Positions 36,673 through 48,450 of a DNA stretch of 64,000 nt are shown in pieces (position 1 is the first letter of the stretch; each line of letters begins with the position of its first letter). This stretch comes from Octopus sinensis (taxonomy: Eukaryota), in assembly GCF_006345805.1 (NCBI RefSeq), contig NC_043005.1, positions 98,952,001 to 99,016,000 on the forward strand, read 5' to 3'. The translations under genes and the position numbers were made by a program. The notes below the pieces were generated by a model. That model was not told the DNA's origin and made no database searches. It worked only from the letters and a program-made list of their open reading frames with translations.

Positions 36673-36850
36673 TTTATATATGAATGTATGTATGTATGTA
36701 TGTATGCATGCATGTATGTATGTATGTATGCATGCATGCATGTATGTATGTATGTATGCATGCATGCATGTCTGTCTGTATGTATGTATGTATGTATGTA
36801 TATGTGTATGTATGCATGCATGCATGTATGTATGTATGTCTGTATGTATA
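36560..36850. repeat. (TATG)n/(CATG) tetranucleotide microsatellite
   Basis: Direct inspection. Confidence 0.97.
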
Positions 36851-36889
36851 TGATGGCCTCTCCCATCAAAGACAATATGAGTGTTCAGC

Positions 36890-37130
36890 TTTTGCCGAGC
36901 AACCTGTATGAATAATTTGTTTACAGTGTTTATGTGCCCTACATTGGCTCACTCTTGCCATTAAATTGACATTGCACAGTGTACCACGTGTCAGGTGTCA
37001 TAGTGATTGCAGAGCAAAGTATGATGAAGTGTTTTGCTCAAGAAAACAATGCACCACCTGGTCTAGGAATTGAAACCACAATCTTGTGATTACGAGTGCA
37101 ACACACTAACCATTAGGTCATGTGTCCTCA
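36890..37130 (-). mobile_element. CORE-like tRNA SINE family D
   Basis: Reverse complement has a tRNA-like head and TTCTTGAGCAAAACACTT; related to 57113-57440. Confidence 0.7.
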
Positions 37131-37798
37131 CATATATATTCTCAAAAATTCTCAAAATTCTCTGTCATGCTGCTGCCAGTGCTGCTGCTAAGTTATGGGG
37201 ACATAAACACACCAACACAATGACACACACACACAAATGTTTGATGAGCTTCTTTCAGTTTCCATCTACAAAATCCACTCACAAGGCTTTGGTCGACTCA
37301 AGGCTATAGTAGAAGACACCTGACCAAGTTGCCACACAGTGGGACTGAACCTGGAACCATGTGGTGTTAAGAGGCAAGCTTCTAACCACACACATATAGT
37401 CAAATATATATAGATAGAGAGAAAAAGAGATAGATAGAGAGAGAGATAGAAGAGTAATTGAGAGAGACAGAGAGATGGCTTGATAGATATTGTTGTGAAT
37501 AAACGTATATTTACATTTTATATAGATGTATATATGTAAAATGTCTTGTGTGTTTAAATTTCTAATATTTCAATTCAAATATAAAACCTGCTGCCATACA
37601 TATTGCCAGAGTATTTACTTTTTGCATGTAAATACTCCACATGGATGCCAATTGTCTACTATAGCGTCGACATTATTATTGTCGATGCTGTTCTTGCTGG
37701 CATCATCATCATCATCATGATCGTCGTGAAAACTACACCTATCAGCTTCACCATAAGCAGAGTAGTACGGTTTGTTGAATAGCAATTATGATGATGAT

Positions 37799-37829
<31 letters not shown>

Positions 37830-38009
37830 AAAAGAAGAAGAATCACAACAACAACAGTAATGATGCTGATGATGGTGTTGGTTGTGAAACTATTTCAATT
37901 TCTCGGGAAATCACACTTCCTCACATTATTTGATGAAATTAGGAATGAAATGTTAAACTCCTCTTTCCTTCAGTGAAAATTGTATTTACTTTGTTTTATC
38001 ATAAGGAAC

Positions 38010-38183
38010 ACACAAACACACACACACACACACACATACATACGTACATAAATACATACACACACATACATACGGATTTTCACATACAAGCAGACATATG
38101 TATTTACATACATAGAAGCATATGTATTGACACTTAAAATACATGTATATTCAGACATGCCACATATATGTATATCCACACAG

Positions 38184-38214
<31 letters not shown>

Positions 38215-38356
38215 TACGTACATAAATACATACACACACATACATACGGATTTTCACATACAAGCAGACATATGTATTTACATACATAGAAGCATATGTA
38301 TTGACACTTAAAATACATGTATATTCAGACATGCCACATATATGTATATCCACACA

Positions 38357-38387
<31 letters not shown>
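38010..38387. repeat. 174-bp tandem duplication bounded by (CA)n
   Basis: Identical sequence at offset 174 (38041/38215; 38167/38341). Confidence 0.95.
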
Positions 38388-38389
<2 letters not shown>

Positions 38390-38944
38390 AATAAATATTT
38401 ACATAGGAAGTAAGTTTTCAATAAAATATTTTATTCTAGATGAAACTAAATAGATTAAATCTTATTGATATAATTTCTACTTGGAAATCGTCAAAAATTT
38501 GGTTTTCTGAAGAAATACTCAACTTTGAAGTAGCAGCTTGTCATATTCACCATATTGTCATCTTTGCCTTCTTTTTATTTGAAAAATTGTGACAAAGGGT
38601 TCAAATATTGATGGACATTTTCTGTTGAGTAAATAAAGTAAGATTTCAGCACATTTATCTAAAATTGCATGTCTTCTGTTTAATCAATAGAGAATAAAAT
38701 CATTTACCTTCTGCTAAACTTGAAGTAGGTTAGGAGAGTAGCAAGCAATCACAGAGTGGCGATAAGATTCTGGTGAGTCGATACTGAAGTTCAGTTTCAA
38801 TTCTTAGCTGTTACCATGTTCTTCATTTATGTTATTAATGATCTTAGTTGACATAAGGATTCAACATAATTCTATGTCCATTCTTCCCTCTGTAAATCTG
38901 ATAATTTGTAGATATGTCTGAAATAGATATATTTTATTTTTTTA

Positions 38945-39340
38945 ATGTTTTACTTGTTACAGTCATAGGACTGTAGCCATATTTGGACACTGGCTTGAAG
39001 GGGTTTAGTTGAACAAATTAACCCTGGTACTTAGCTTTTAAAGCCTGGTGCCTATTCTGTCAGTCTCTTATGCTCAACTGCTAAGTTATAGGACATAAAC
39101 AAACCAACAGTAGTTGTCAAGCAGTGGTGGCAGACAAACATAAATACACACACACACATACAGATATATGCATGTAGATAGATAGATAGATAGAGAGATA
39201 TGCTAGGCTTCGTTCAGTTTCTGTCTATCAAATTCACTCTCAAGGCTTTGATTGGTCTGGGGCTCTAGTAGGAGAGAGTTGAATCCATGACCACATGGAT
39301 TCAGGAGTGGCTGTGTGGTAAGTAGCTTTGCTTCCCTCAC
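38945..39340 (-). mobile_element. Rearranged family A SINE (minus-strand body, inverted head fragment)
   Basis: Minus-strand body ends at about 39272; plus-strand CAGGAGTGGCTGTGTGGTAAGTAGC at 39302-39326. Confidence 0.8.
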
Positions 39341-39764
39341 TGACTGAAGAGTAGCTTTGCTTACCTTACTATGGTTTGGATGTGTTTTTCTTCTCGGTAA
39401 GAGTTTTGCTGTGTTGTTACTATTACTTCGTGCCATCTGGATTACTTGTTAGATTTTATTACTGAAGATTTGTTTTTGAATGTTGTTGAACTGTCTTGTT
39501 CCCTGGTTTTACCGGGGAATAATTGGATAATTTGTTATTGTTGAACTGTTAGCCATTGTGGTTTTTTTATTTATAACATCTTCGTGACTGTATATAGTCT
39601 TGCTAGACTATTTTTGTGCCCCTTCCCCGAATGGGGGTAGGAATTGAACTACTTTTTGAACTATTTTGGGAGGAAAACTTTTTATAGGTTTCCCAGTTTT
39701 GTGGGAAAGCAATATTTGTATTTGTAATTTTTGTGTATAACTAATTTCAACAGAATAATGTCTG

Positions 39765-40943
39765 TTGAGATTATTCATGGAAAGTGTGCTCTTGAGGAGA
39801 GCAACGTTGATAGCTGTGCCAACACAGATAAAAAAAATTGCGGCAACTGAGAACATTGACATTAATGTTAATCAGCTCGTCAAGCTATTTAAAAGAATGA
39901 AAGAGGAGGGTGGTGATGTTAAAATATCACCCTCCTCTAGTATCGTAGAGACCGAGAAGCGGACCGTAGTGTTTAAAACCTTCTGTCCACAAAGCAGAAG
40001 GTTCAAACACTTTGAAAAGAATATTATCGAAAAATGCCTGTCCCCGATTTGGAAGGACATGGTGTACGTCGCCAGGGGACAGGCATACGGCACTGTGGAG
40101 GTCTGCTTCTCAGGGGAAGAGGTGGCCCACAGGCATTCCGTGAGTCCCCTAAAAACTAAGGAGGTGGTACTTCTGCCGACCTATATGGGACGTAGGACGT
40201 CCCGAGTCAAGATTGCAGAAGTACCGCCAGAAGTAGATCTTGTAGAGGTAGTAGCCGCCCTGTTATATAAGAGGGCGGACAAAATCAAAATATTACAGGT
40301 AACATGCTCTTCCCCTGAAAATTGGCTTCGGCGGAGCATTAATGTAATAATCCAAAGGACACAGGAGGACCTGCAGATCCTTCCTGAGAGGGTGCTCATG
40401 GGCTAGAATGTGGCCCTCAGGGTACAGGTCGAAGGCCGAAAACCCACCTGCTACGCCTGCGGCAAAAAGGGCCACATTCGTGTGGACTGTCCTGACAATC
40501 AAAAGAAACCAGACACCAGGCCCCTCAGATAATAAAAAAATCCTTACCCTTGCAAACTCACCTACCCCTACAAAAACAAAAAGTCCCACTCCCGCTGTTA
40601 CGGTGCCAACCCCAAAACAAACTGACAAAAAAACCCAGACCCTGCACACACAAACCTCTACATTATTAAAACCTCCCACCCCCTTAAAAATTGCGGCGGC
40701 TACTAAACAAAATATAGCTACCCCAGACGATACCATGGAGGTATCAGAAGGGGAATTTACGATAGTTCGTAAAAGAACTCGTGCATTATTCCCGTCCACA
40801 TCGCCTACAAAAAATAATAAAAACGATGACACACCACAGACACCGAAAAGAAAATCCCGCCCAACTGGCCCAGAAAAAAAGGACGAAAAAGACGAACTCG
40901 TGTTAATTGAGTATGATACTCGAGACAAATATACAAATGAGAG
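39765..40943 (+). pseudogene. Tx1-type ORF1 (RRM-like region, CCHC knuckle, T/P/K-rich tail), disrupted
   Basis: ORF 39765-40406, TAG at 40404-40406 before the knuckle, frameshift near 40520. Confidence 0.85.
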
Positions 40944-42824
40944 AAGTCACTGGGTCTCGATGGTCTGCCCTATGAGTTTTATAAAAGTATTCCAGACTTG
41001 TTCGGGCACCTTCTGGCTAGCGTCTACGCCAACTGGCAGCAGAATGGGAGAATCCCCAAGTCTGCGAGCTGGTGGGTGGTGATGTTGATCAGGAAGGACC
41101 CAAGCAAGGGGGATGAGATAGGGAACTTCAGGCCCATAACTGCTGAACACAGAGTTAAAGATTTTGGCCAAGGTGCTAGCGAAAAGGTTGGCACGGGTCG
41201 TGGACAAACTTGTCGGGGAAGTGCAAACGTGCGCTATCCCGGGCAGAACGCTCCATGACAATCTCCACCTTATATCCTACTCCTTAGAGAGGGTAGGGAA
41301 GCTTTCTGGCGCAGGGGGAGCACTGGTGCATTTAGACCAGTCTAAAGCATTGGATAGGGTCGACCATCGGTACTTGGCAGTGGTCCTCGGGGAGGCTGGC
41401 CTGGGCCTGACCTTTCGAGGTTAGATCGCTGCTTTGTATAGCGACATCGAGTCTGTAGTCAAGGTGAACGGTTTCTTTTCAAAGCCGTTCAGGATCGAGC
41501 GTTCAGTTCGTCAAGGGTGTCCAATGTCCCCACTTCTATATGTATTTGCTCTTGAGCCTCTGCTGCAGAAGTTGGAGGCACTAGGGAGTGCGCCACATGA
41601 TCTATGGTATGGAAGAGGAGCTACGCCGTATGCGGATGACACCTCCATCATCGTGGTAGATGAAGGCCAGCTTCCAGTGGTGGAAGAGGCCATCAAAAGC
41701 TACAAGGCGGTGGCAGGAGCAAAGGTTAACAAGGACAAGTCGGTCAGTTTACAACTCGGCACCTGGAGGGGCAAGCCGATGCCGTCCAATAATGTCATGG
41801 GGCGTTGGACGGAAGGTCCTGTTAAGCTGCTCGGCATCTGGATTGGTCCAGACCTCCAGATAGAGAAAAATTGGAGTGAGGTGGCCAGCAGGGTGACCGC
41901 TCTAACCCAGACCTGGTCTGGGCAGGCGCTATCCCTGCTAGGGAAGGCGGAGGTGGTGCAGATGTTTATAGCATCAGTAATCACCTACCGTCTGACCGTG
42001 GTGCCTTGCCCCGATTTGTGGCTGAACAAGTTGGAGAGAATCCTTTTCCGCTTTTTGTGGAAAGGAGGAAAGCCACTTGTAAAGCGCTCTGTCTGCTGCC
42101 AGAAACCGCTAAAGGGTGGGCTAGGGATGCCTTGGCTGAAGATGCGAAAACTCACGTTAAGGTTGAAGCACCTCTGGCTTTACTTGGATGGAGAGCAGGT
42201 GTGGTCACGGTTCTACCTTCCCCAGTTAACATCCCTAATGGACATCGGTGCATGGATCAAGCGGAGACCTAAACTGGGTGAATGGCATTTGGAGTGCCGT
42301 CAGGTGCTCCATCTACTCTCTCAGGCGGGCAACAGGAGTTCCACCACGGATTTCTATAGTGGGTTAGTGGAATTTATGTTAGAAGACGCCTTGAGGGAGA
42401 CCCTGGGCTACGATGAAAATCAGTTGGTCAACCTGTTCCGGGGGATGTTCGGGCCGAGGTATCTGATAATTATCAGAAATCCCTGTCCTGGCAGTGTTTC
42501 CGTGCGGCGTTACCTGTTCACGACTAGCTGTCAAGGCACGGAAGTGCCGTCTCGCCGACATGCCCGCGAAGTGAGCAGGATAGGGAAACCGTCTTGCACA
42601 CATTCGTGGGATGTCCGGAGTTATCGGGACTGATAGCTTTTGCCGAACAAATGTTGTCAGTGATGGGAAGAGTACAGCTATCAACTGAGTCTATCATCAA
42701 GATTGTGAAGGCTTGTTTTATCTGTGTAGTAGCCATACTGAAAGAAACAGTATGGAAGACGCGTACGAAAGGTATAGTGACAGGCACCTTTGTCTCTGGC
42801 CAGGGGTTGATTAACAAGAAGTAA
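40944..42824 (+). pseudogene. Tx1-type ORF2 reverse transcriptase and C-terminal zinc finger, disrupted
   Basis: RT motifs in order; frameshift near 41140, TAG at 41422-41424, frameshift near 42465. Confidence 0.92.
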
Positions 42825-43036
42825 AGGTTCTACCCGGATGGCTGGGTGTCTGTTCTTCGACATGATCATTAAGTAATATTTTTAAACATTGTCTTCGTAA
42901 AATTCATTGTTTATAACCTCATCCATAATTTCATTCAAAATTTTTAACCGTGTTAAGCTACTTCACCCTTTATGTTTGTCTGTCCATGTTTGTCCCCTCT
43001 TTGAAAATGCCTAAATGGCAAATTATATGAAATAAA

Positions 43037-43830
43037 GTAGCGTGCTTTCCTCCATTTTTGGAGAGTGCTTCAGGTTACCGTAGTCTCCATTTTGGAGCAA
43101 GACATAACTTGCCATTATGGATTAACTCTTTGTGTTCGTTGGAGCGCAGTTCTTGTGGATATAAGTGTTTTTAAAAAATTGTTATGGTTCCCTATCGGGA
43201 AGATAAGGTATAGAGACCTTTTTAACTTCAATTGGGCATTGAAACTTTTTTTCAAGCCGTTGTAAGCTTTTTTGTGCCACGCCCCCTAAAGGGGGCAAAA
43301 TTCGTTGTTATTGCGTGGATTACCTGTACTTTGGATTTTTTCTGCTTCTCTGTCGGGAAGGTAAGGCAAAAAACGTTTTTTTCGTGCAATTGAAACCTTT
43401 TTCAAGCCGTCGTAAGTTTTTTTCTTGTGCCTCGCCCCGTAAAGGGGGTGGGGCAAAATTGAAACTAATTTTGTGAACACTTTTGTGAAACTGTTTTTGT
43501 GCATCAGTAATTTTGACCAAACATGTCGGTGGAAATTTTAAAAGAAAAAGTTTCTGAAAGCACTCTCAATGAGAGTTATGTTAATAACAAAAAATTTGCT
43601 GACGTTTTCGCTGTGGAAACAAAGACCATTGTGTTGAACAATGTAGAATTGAAAGATTATTTTTCCAGGATGAAGGAAGAAGACGGGGATATCATAATAA
43701 CACCCGGGTTTGATGCTGAAGAAATAGAAAAGAGAACTGTGGTCTTCAGATCCTTCTGTATGGAAGGAAGACGTTTTAAATATTTCAAAGAAAATATTAT
43801 TGAAAAATGCCTCGCCCCGGTGTGAGGACC
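43037..43830 (+). mobile_element. 5' UTR and ORF1 N-terminus of a second, related Tx1-like element (3'-truncated)
   Basis: EKRTVVFRSFC...RFKYFKENIIEKCLAPV homologous to the first ORF1; TGTGCC.C.CCCC...GGGGG UTR motif shared with 39615-39637. Confidence 0.85.
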
Positions 43831-43917
43831 TGTTCGTACTTTGGTGTGAAATAATTTTTTCCACGGTTTTTTTCGAGTACATTCCATGTATCCAGGTTAT
43901 TTCACACGCCTTCAATG

Positions 43918-44684
43918 GATCTTTTCCTTTTGAACGGCACATGTCAACACAATTTCTAGTTAACTAAACACTTTAAAACTTCGTATACTGGTAGAATGTG
44001 TCAAAATAAAACATTTTTTCTCTTGGCTTTCTTGAGAAAATTGTAATTTGTTTGTTTAACGTAGTTTAATTTTTCGAATTTTAACCACTGAATCGCCTCT
44101 AATTGAGCTAAAATCATTTGCTGCGTCTAAAACTGAGACATCCTGTCACTAACCCTAACCCTCACCCTAAATTTTAGCCTTTGTTTTTTTTTTCTTAATT
44201 GTTAAATTAATTCAATTGTTACGCGTGTGTCTAATTATTCGTTTTGTTTTTGTTTTGAGTTTTTGCTTTCGTTTTAGCCTTTCGTTATGTATACGTACGG
44301 AAAGCGTGTGTATAAAATTATAGAATTATTTTGTTTGTTAATTGTTTAAATTATTTTCCATTGCTTTCGTTTTTTTTTTAATTGTTATCCATAAATTAAT
44401 TTAACAATTAAGAAAAAAAAACAAAGGCTAAAATTTAGGGTGAGGGTTGGGGACAGGATGTTGTCTCAGTTTTAGACGCAGCAAATGATTTTAGCTCAAT
44501 TAGAGGCAATTCATTGGTTAAAATTCGAAAAATTAAAGTACGTTAAACAAACAAATTACAATTTTATCAAGAAAGCCAAGAGAAAAAATGTTTTATTTTG
44601 ACACATTCTACCAGTATACGAAGTTTTAAAGTGTTTAGTTAACTAGAAATTGTGTTGACATGTGCCGTTCAAAAGGAAAAGATC
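43918..44684. mobile_element. 767-bp foldback MITE with about 290-bp TIRs and 8-9 bp TSD
   Basis: GATCTTTTCCTTTTGAACGGCACATG at both ends in inverted orientation; CCTTCAATG at 43909-43917 and 44686-44694. Confidence 0.95.
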
Positions 44685-44744
44685 TCCTTCAATGAATGTG
44701 ACATCGAAATCACATGTAAACGGCTCCTTTCCCTAGAAAAGAAA

Positions 44745-44859
44745 AGATTTGGCTGCTATTTCTTGCATGCCCTACTACCACGTAACAGCTACTTGTGATA
44801 AAGAACCTGAAATAGCTGTTACGTAGCAGCATGACGTGCTAGAAATAGCAGCCAAATCT
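44745..44859. mobile_element. 115-bp mini-MITE
   Basis: TIR AGATTTGGCTGCTATTTCT / AGAAATAGCAGCCAAATCT; single ends also near 48540, 49333, 54071 and 57632. Confidence 0.8.
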
Positions 44860-47800
44860 TTGGTATGAGATATGTTGAATGCACTCAAAAAAGAACTATG
44901 GAAAAAATCATTTCACATCGAGGTGTTACAAACAAGTCTTTTATGAAATATTTACTGTATTTTTAAAGTCGTTTCCACTTTAAAATACTTTTTAAATATG
45001 CCAAAAAATTTTGTAATGGTATTCACTTGAAAATAATTTTAAAAAGCATTAAAATATTGTCTGTTTAGAGAAAGCTAAAATATGAATACTTATTGTAGAA
45101 GCAACTTAGATTTTTGAAATCACCTACACTTAAAAATATTTCTAAATGATTAAATTATTGTTTAGCAAAAGTGAAAATAGAAAAATTTATTGTAAAAAAA
45201 CAACTTGTACTTTTTTGTTGTCAGGTTAAAATCACTAATGTGTCTAATTGAAAGGTTAGATCTTCTTCCCTTTCAGGGTTAAGTTATTTTCGGAGTATTT
45301 TCCCATTATGTACCGTTTTGGGTATTCATACCCCCAGAATCCCTAATATCTCATGAGCCAGTTGTCTGATTTATGTAAAACTTGTTTTATACCATTTGTA
45401 TTCACATTTCAATTGAAACTTAATTCATAGTATTTTCATATTATGTGCCAATTTGGCTGTGCAACATTGCAAGCAAGATTGAAGTTCATTTATATATATA
45501 TATATATATTATGTAGGTAGAGTAAAATTTAAGCCATGTTATCTTAAAGCACATCTGCTTATTCCAGCATTACAATACTGTATTTAGCCGTTGTAGTTGT
45601 ATTGATGTGAGGTACGTATTAGAGTTGAAAATTCTGAAAATATTATTTGCAGGAAATTTCTTACCTGTTTATCCAACATGTACAAGTTTGTGATTCCTAT
45701 TAGTAAATGAAACATGTGCAATGGCAAAGAAATAATACCAAAAAATGCGTGTGTATGTGTGTGCAAGTGTAAGTCATTCATTGTAATATATTGGCAAATG
45801 ATACAAGAAGTAATAGAAGCTGAAAAATCAATGTTTTACAAAGTCCTTTGAAATATTTATTTTGCATTGAATTAGATCCTCCCTTGTCACTCTCTCCATA
45901 AGAAATGCTATGAACCAGTGATTTGCCCATCAGAAATGTGCTCTCAAAGTTGCTATTGTCTACCAAATACAATATAAAATTAAAATATAATCTAACATTC
46001 CAGAAAGTTTTCCACTTTTCTATGTGATAACTTGATCTGATAAAATCATGTGATAAATAAAATCATTTGAGAGTATGATTTGGAAGAGCTTCTATCATGT
46101 ACAATAATGAAATGTTATGACAAGATAAAAACTAACAAAATTTGATACTGACATCTAAGTCAGTATTTTAAAGGCATTGGCTTTTAACACATTGGCTTTG
46201 GTAAATTGTTTTCTCAACAAAGCAGTATTATAGAGACACTATCGGTCAACATTGTCAAGCTCTTGTTTGAAAGAATATGACAGGAATACAATAAATAGTG
46301 ATACACTTTCCTCTCTTGTAGACCAAAAGAATTGAGTTTGACAGGACAAATAGAGGCAACTGAGAATATCATTATTGTAGTTAATAGCTTAACCATAACA
46401 CTGTTCTGATTATTATTCCACAGACAATGAAGACAGAGATAGACACTCATGGCTTAGGAACCAAATTCCATAATTTACTTACTTTGATTATTTACTGTTC
46501 AGAGTTCATATGTTGCCAAGCTGGGGTGTCTTATAATTGAAAATGTTTTTCAAAAGACAAAATGATAGAAGTAAAAAAACAAAACAAAACGAAAAAAAGC
46601 AGTAGTACAACAATAACAACAATAGTAGCAGCAATAGTCCAAAGACTAAATCAGCGAAAGACCATTCATATACTATAGCAGAAATTGGAAATATGCTTTC
46701 ACACATTTCTCTAAGGTGTTATGAAGTTGTATAAGTTGTATGAAATATTTTCCTTAGGAAGCAAAACTAGATTATGGAATAAGTTCTTAACAGAAGGGAA
46801 TGTTAGTTATAATAACAGTTAGTTATACAGTGATTACTTTGTTATTTTTAAGTACATAAACCATCAGTAGGCATTGACAATACTCTCTTTTCAACATCAA
46901 AGCTAGCAATACAAAAACAGATGTGGCAACCATCTCAGCTCAAACAATGTAAATTCTAATTTTCAGTGTTCAGAGTGGTTGCATTGTTAATTACCTTGGA
47001 GACGGCACACAGATAATTTGATAACCCTGTGTATAAAATACCTATAAAAGATGTTTGTGTCTAGACAAAGACTAGAAGTGAAATAAATAACTAGTAAAAT
47101 ATATAACAACAAATGGTTCAACACACGTACAGGAAGATCAAAGGTTCCAATTAAAGATAGGAGTTTAAGGATATATTCATAAAAACAACTCCAGATTTTT
47201 ATGACAATTATTTGTGTAAGAAATTAATATGAAATTAACTCATTGGATATAAAGTGCCTGTGGATGGCATCAGAAGACTTTCTGAGTTCTTACTGCAAAG
47301 TGGGTGGAACATTTAATCATCACTATTCCCGTTGCTGTACAGTGTCAAGTACCAAAACACAGCTGGCTCAGTTTATTGGTTATGAAAAGATACAATGTGT
47401 AGATATACATGGTTCTGAGCTGACTAAAGCCTTGTGAGTGGATTTGGTAGTCGGAAATGGAAAAAAGCCCATTGTATATGTGTGTGCGTGTGTTTGTCTC
47501 CCACCCAGCTTGCCAACTGGTGTTAGTATGTTTATGTTATGGTTTGGTAAAAGCCACCAATAGACTTGGTAAGTCCTGAGGTTGATTTATTTGACTCAAC
47601 TTTCTTCAGGGAGGTGCTCCAGCATGGCCGCAGTCTAATGACTGAAACAAGTAAAATATAGAAAATAACAGTTACTGCTCAATGTTCTAATTTTTTAGTA
47701 TATTTGATTGAGTTTTTCATTACCTTGTAAGGCAGTGTTCAAATTACAAAACATTTGCACCATTTCCCAATTTAACTAATAATTTATAATCACCGGACTA

Positions 47801-48014
47801 AAGTACTGATGAGGTCAGGTAAAAGCTTCTAATTTGAATAAGATACTTCTAATTTTGAAGCTTGGCAGTATCTTCAACAGTGAAAATCCATTTTCTTTCT
47901 TCAAATATCTTCTCTGTGATGGGAAATGGAGTTGAATTGAAGCAATCCTCATTCATATGAAACAGAGTTGAATAAAGAATCCATCTGAAATTGTGTTCCT
48001 ATAACCTATCATAC

Positions 48015-48223
48015 TCTTTACTCTTTTACTTGTTTCAGTCATTTGACTGTGGCCATGCTGGAGCACCGCCTTTAGTCGAGCAAATCGACCCCAGGACTTA
48101 TTCTTTGTAAGCCTAGTACTTATTCTATCGGTCTCTTTTGCTGAACTGCTAAGTTACGGGTACATAAACACACCAGCATCGGTTGTCAAGCGATGTTGGG
48201 GGGACAAACACAGACACACACAC

Positions 48224-48284
<61 letters not shown>

Positions 48285-48450
48285 TACAACAGGCTTATTT
48301 CAGTTTCCGTCTACCAAATCCACTCACAAGGCTTTGGTCAGCTGGAGGCTATAGCAGAAGACAATTGCCCAAGGTGCCACGCAGTGGGACTGAACCCAGA
48401 ACCATGTGGTCGGTAAGCAAGCTACTTACCACACAGCCACTCTTACGCCT
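48015..48450 (-). mobile_element. SINE family A, near full length
   Basis: Reverse-complement copy. Confidence 0.92.

Larger units (their letters stand above)
39366..43036 (+). mobile_element. L1/Tx1-clade LINE, internally deleted (ORF1, RT, zf-RVT, 3' UTR; no APE endonuclease)
   Basis: ORF1 with CYACGKKGHIRVDC; ORF2 KS(L)GLDGLPYEFY, NFRPIT, LDQSKALDRV, VRQGCPMSPLLY, YADD (41629-41640), GGLGMP, TCPR...ETVLH...CP; AATAAA at 43031. The 5' boundary is approximate. Confidence 0.9.

Noticed and set aside
36557-36915. MYVC/HTYI repeat ORFs (also 3293-3617, 37970-38383, 51535-52171)
   Set aside because: Translations of (TATG)n, (CA)n and (TA)n tracts
39344-39365. Hammerhead at CTGAAGA-GTAGC hairpin
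   Set aside because: No downstream GAAA or stem III
40293-40928. 211-aa minus-strand ORF and other antisense ORFs over the LINEs (17719-18297, 42006-42684)
   Set aside because: Shadow frames of LINE coding sequence with no recognisable motifs
43037-43110. HDV-like ribozyme at the 5' end of the second LINE
   Set aside because: P2 and J4/2 could not be formed; P1 is mismatched
44148-44170. Interstitial telomere (TAACCC repeats; also about 30247-30265)
   Set aside because: Only 2-3 degenerate units, part of a MITE arm or repeat
47840-47990. Minus-strand exon WILYSTLFHMNEDCF...
   Set aside because: Has an acceptor but reaches a stop with no credible donor; no family recognised
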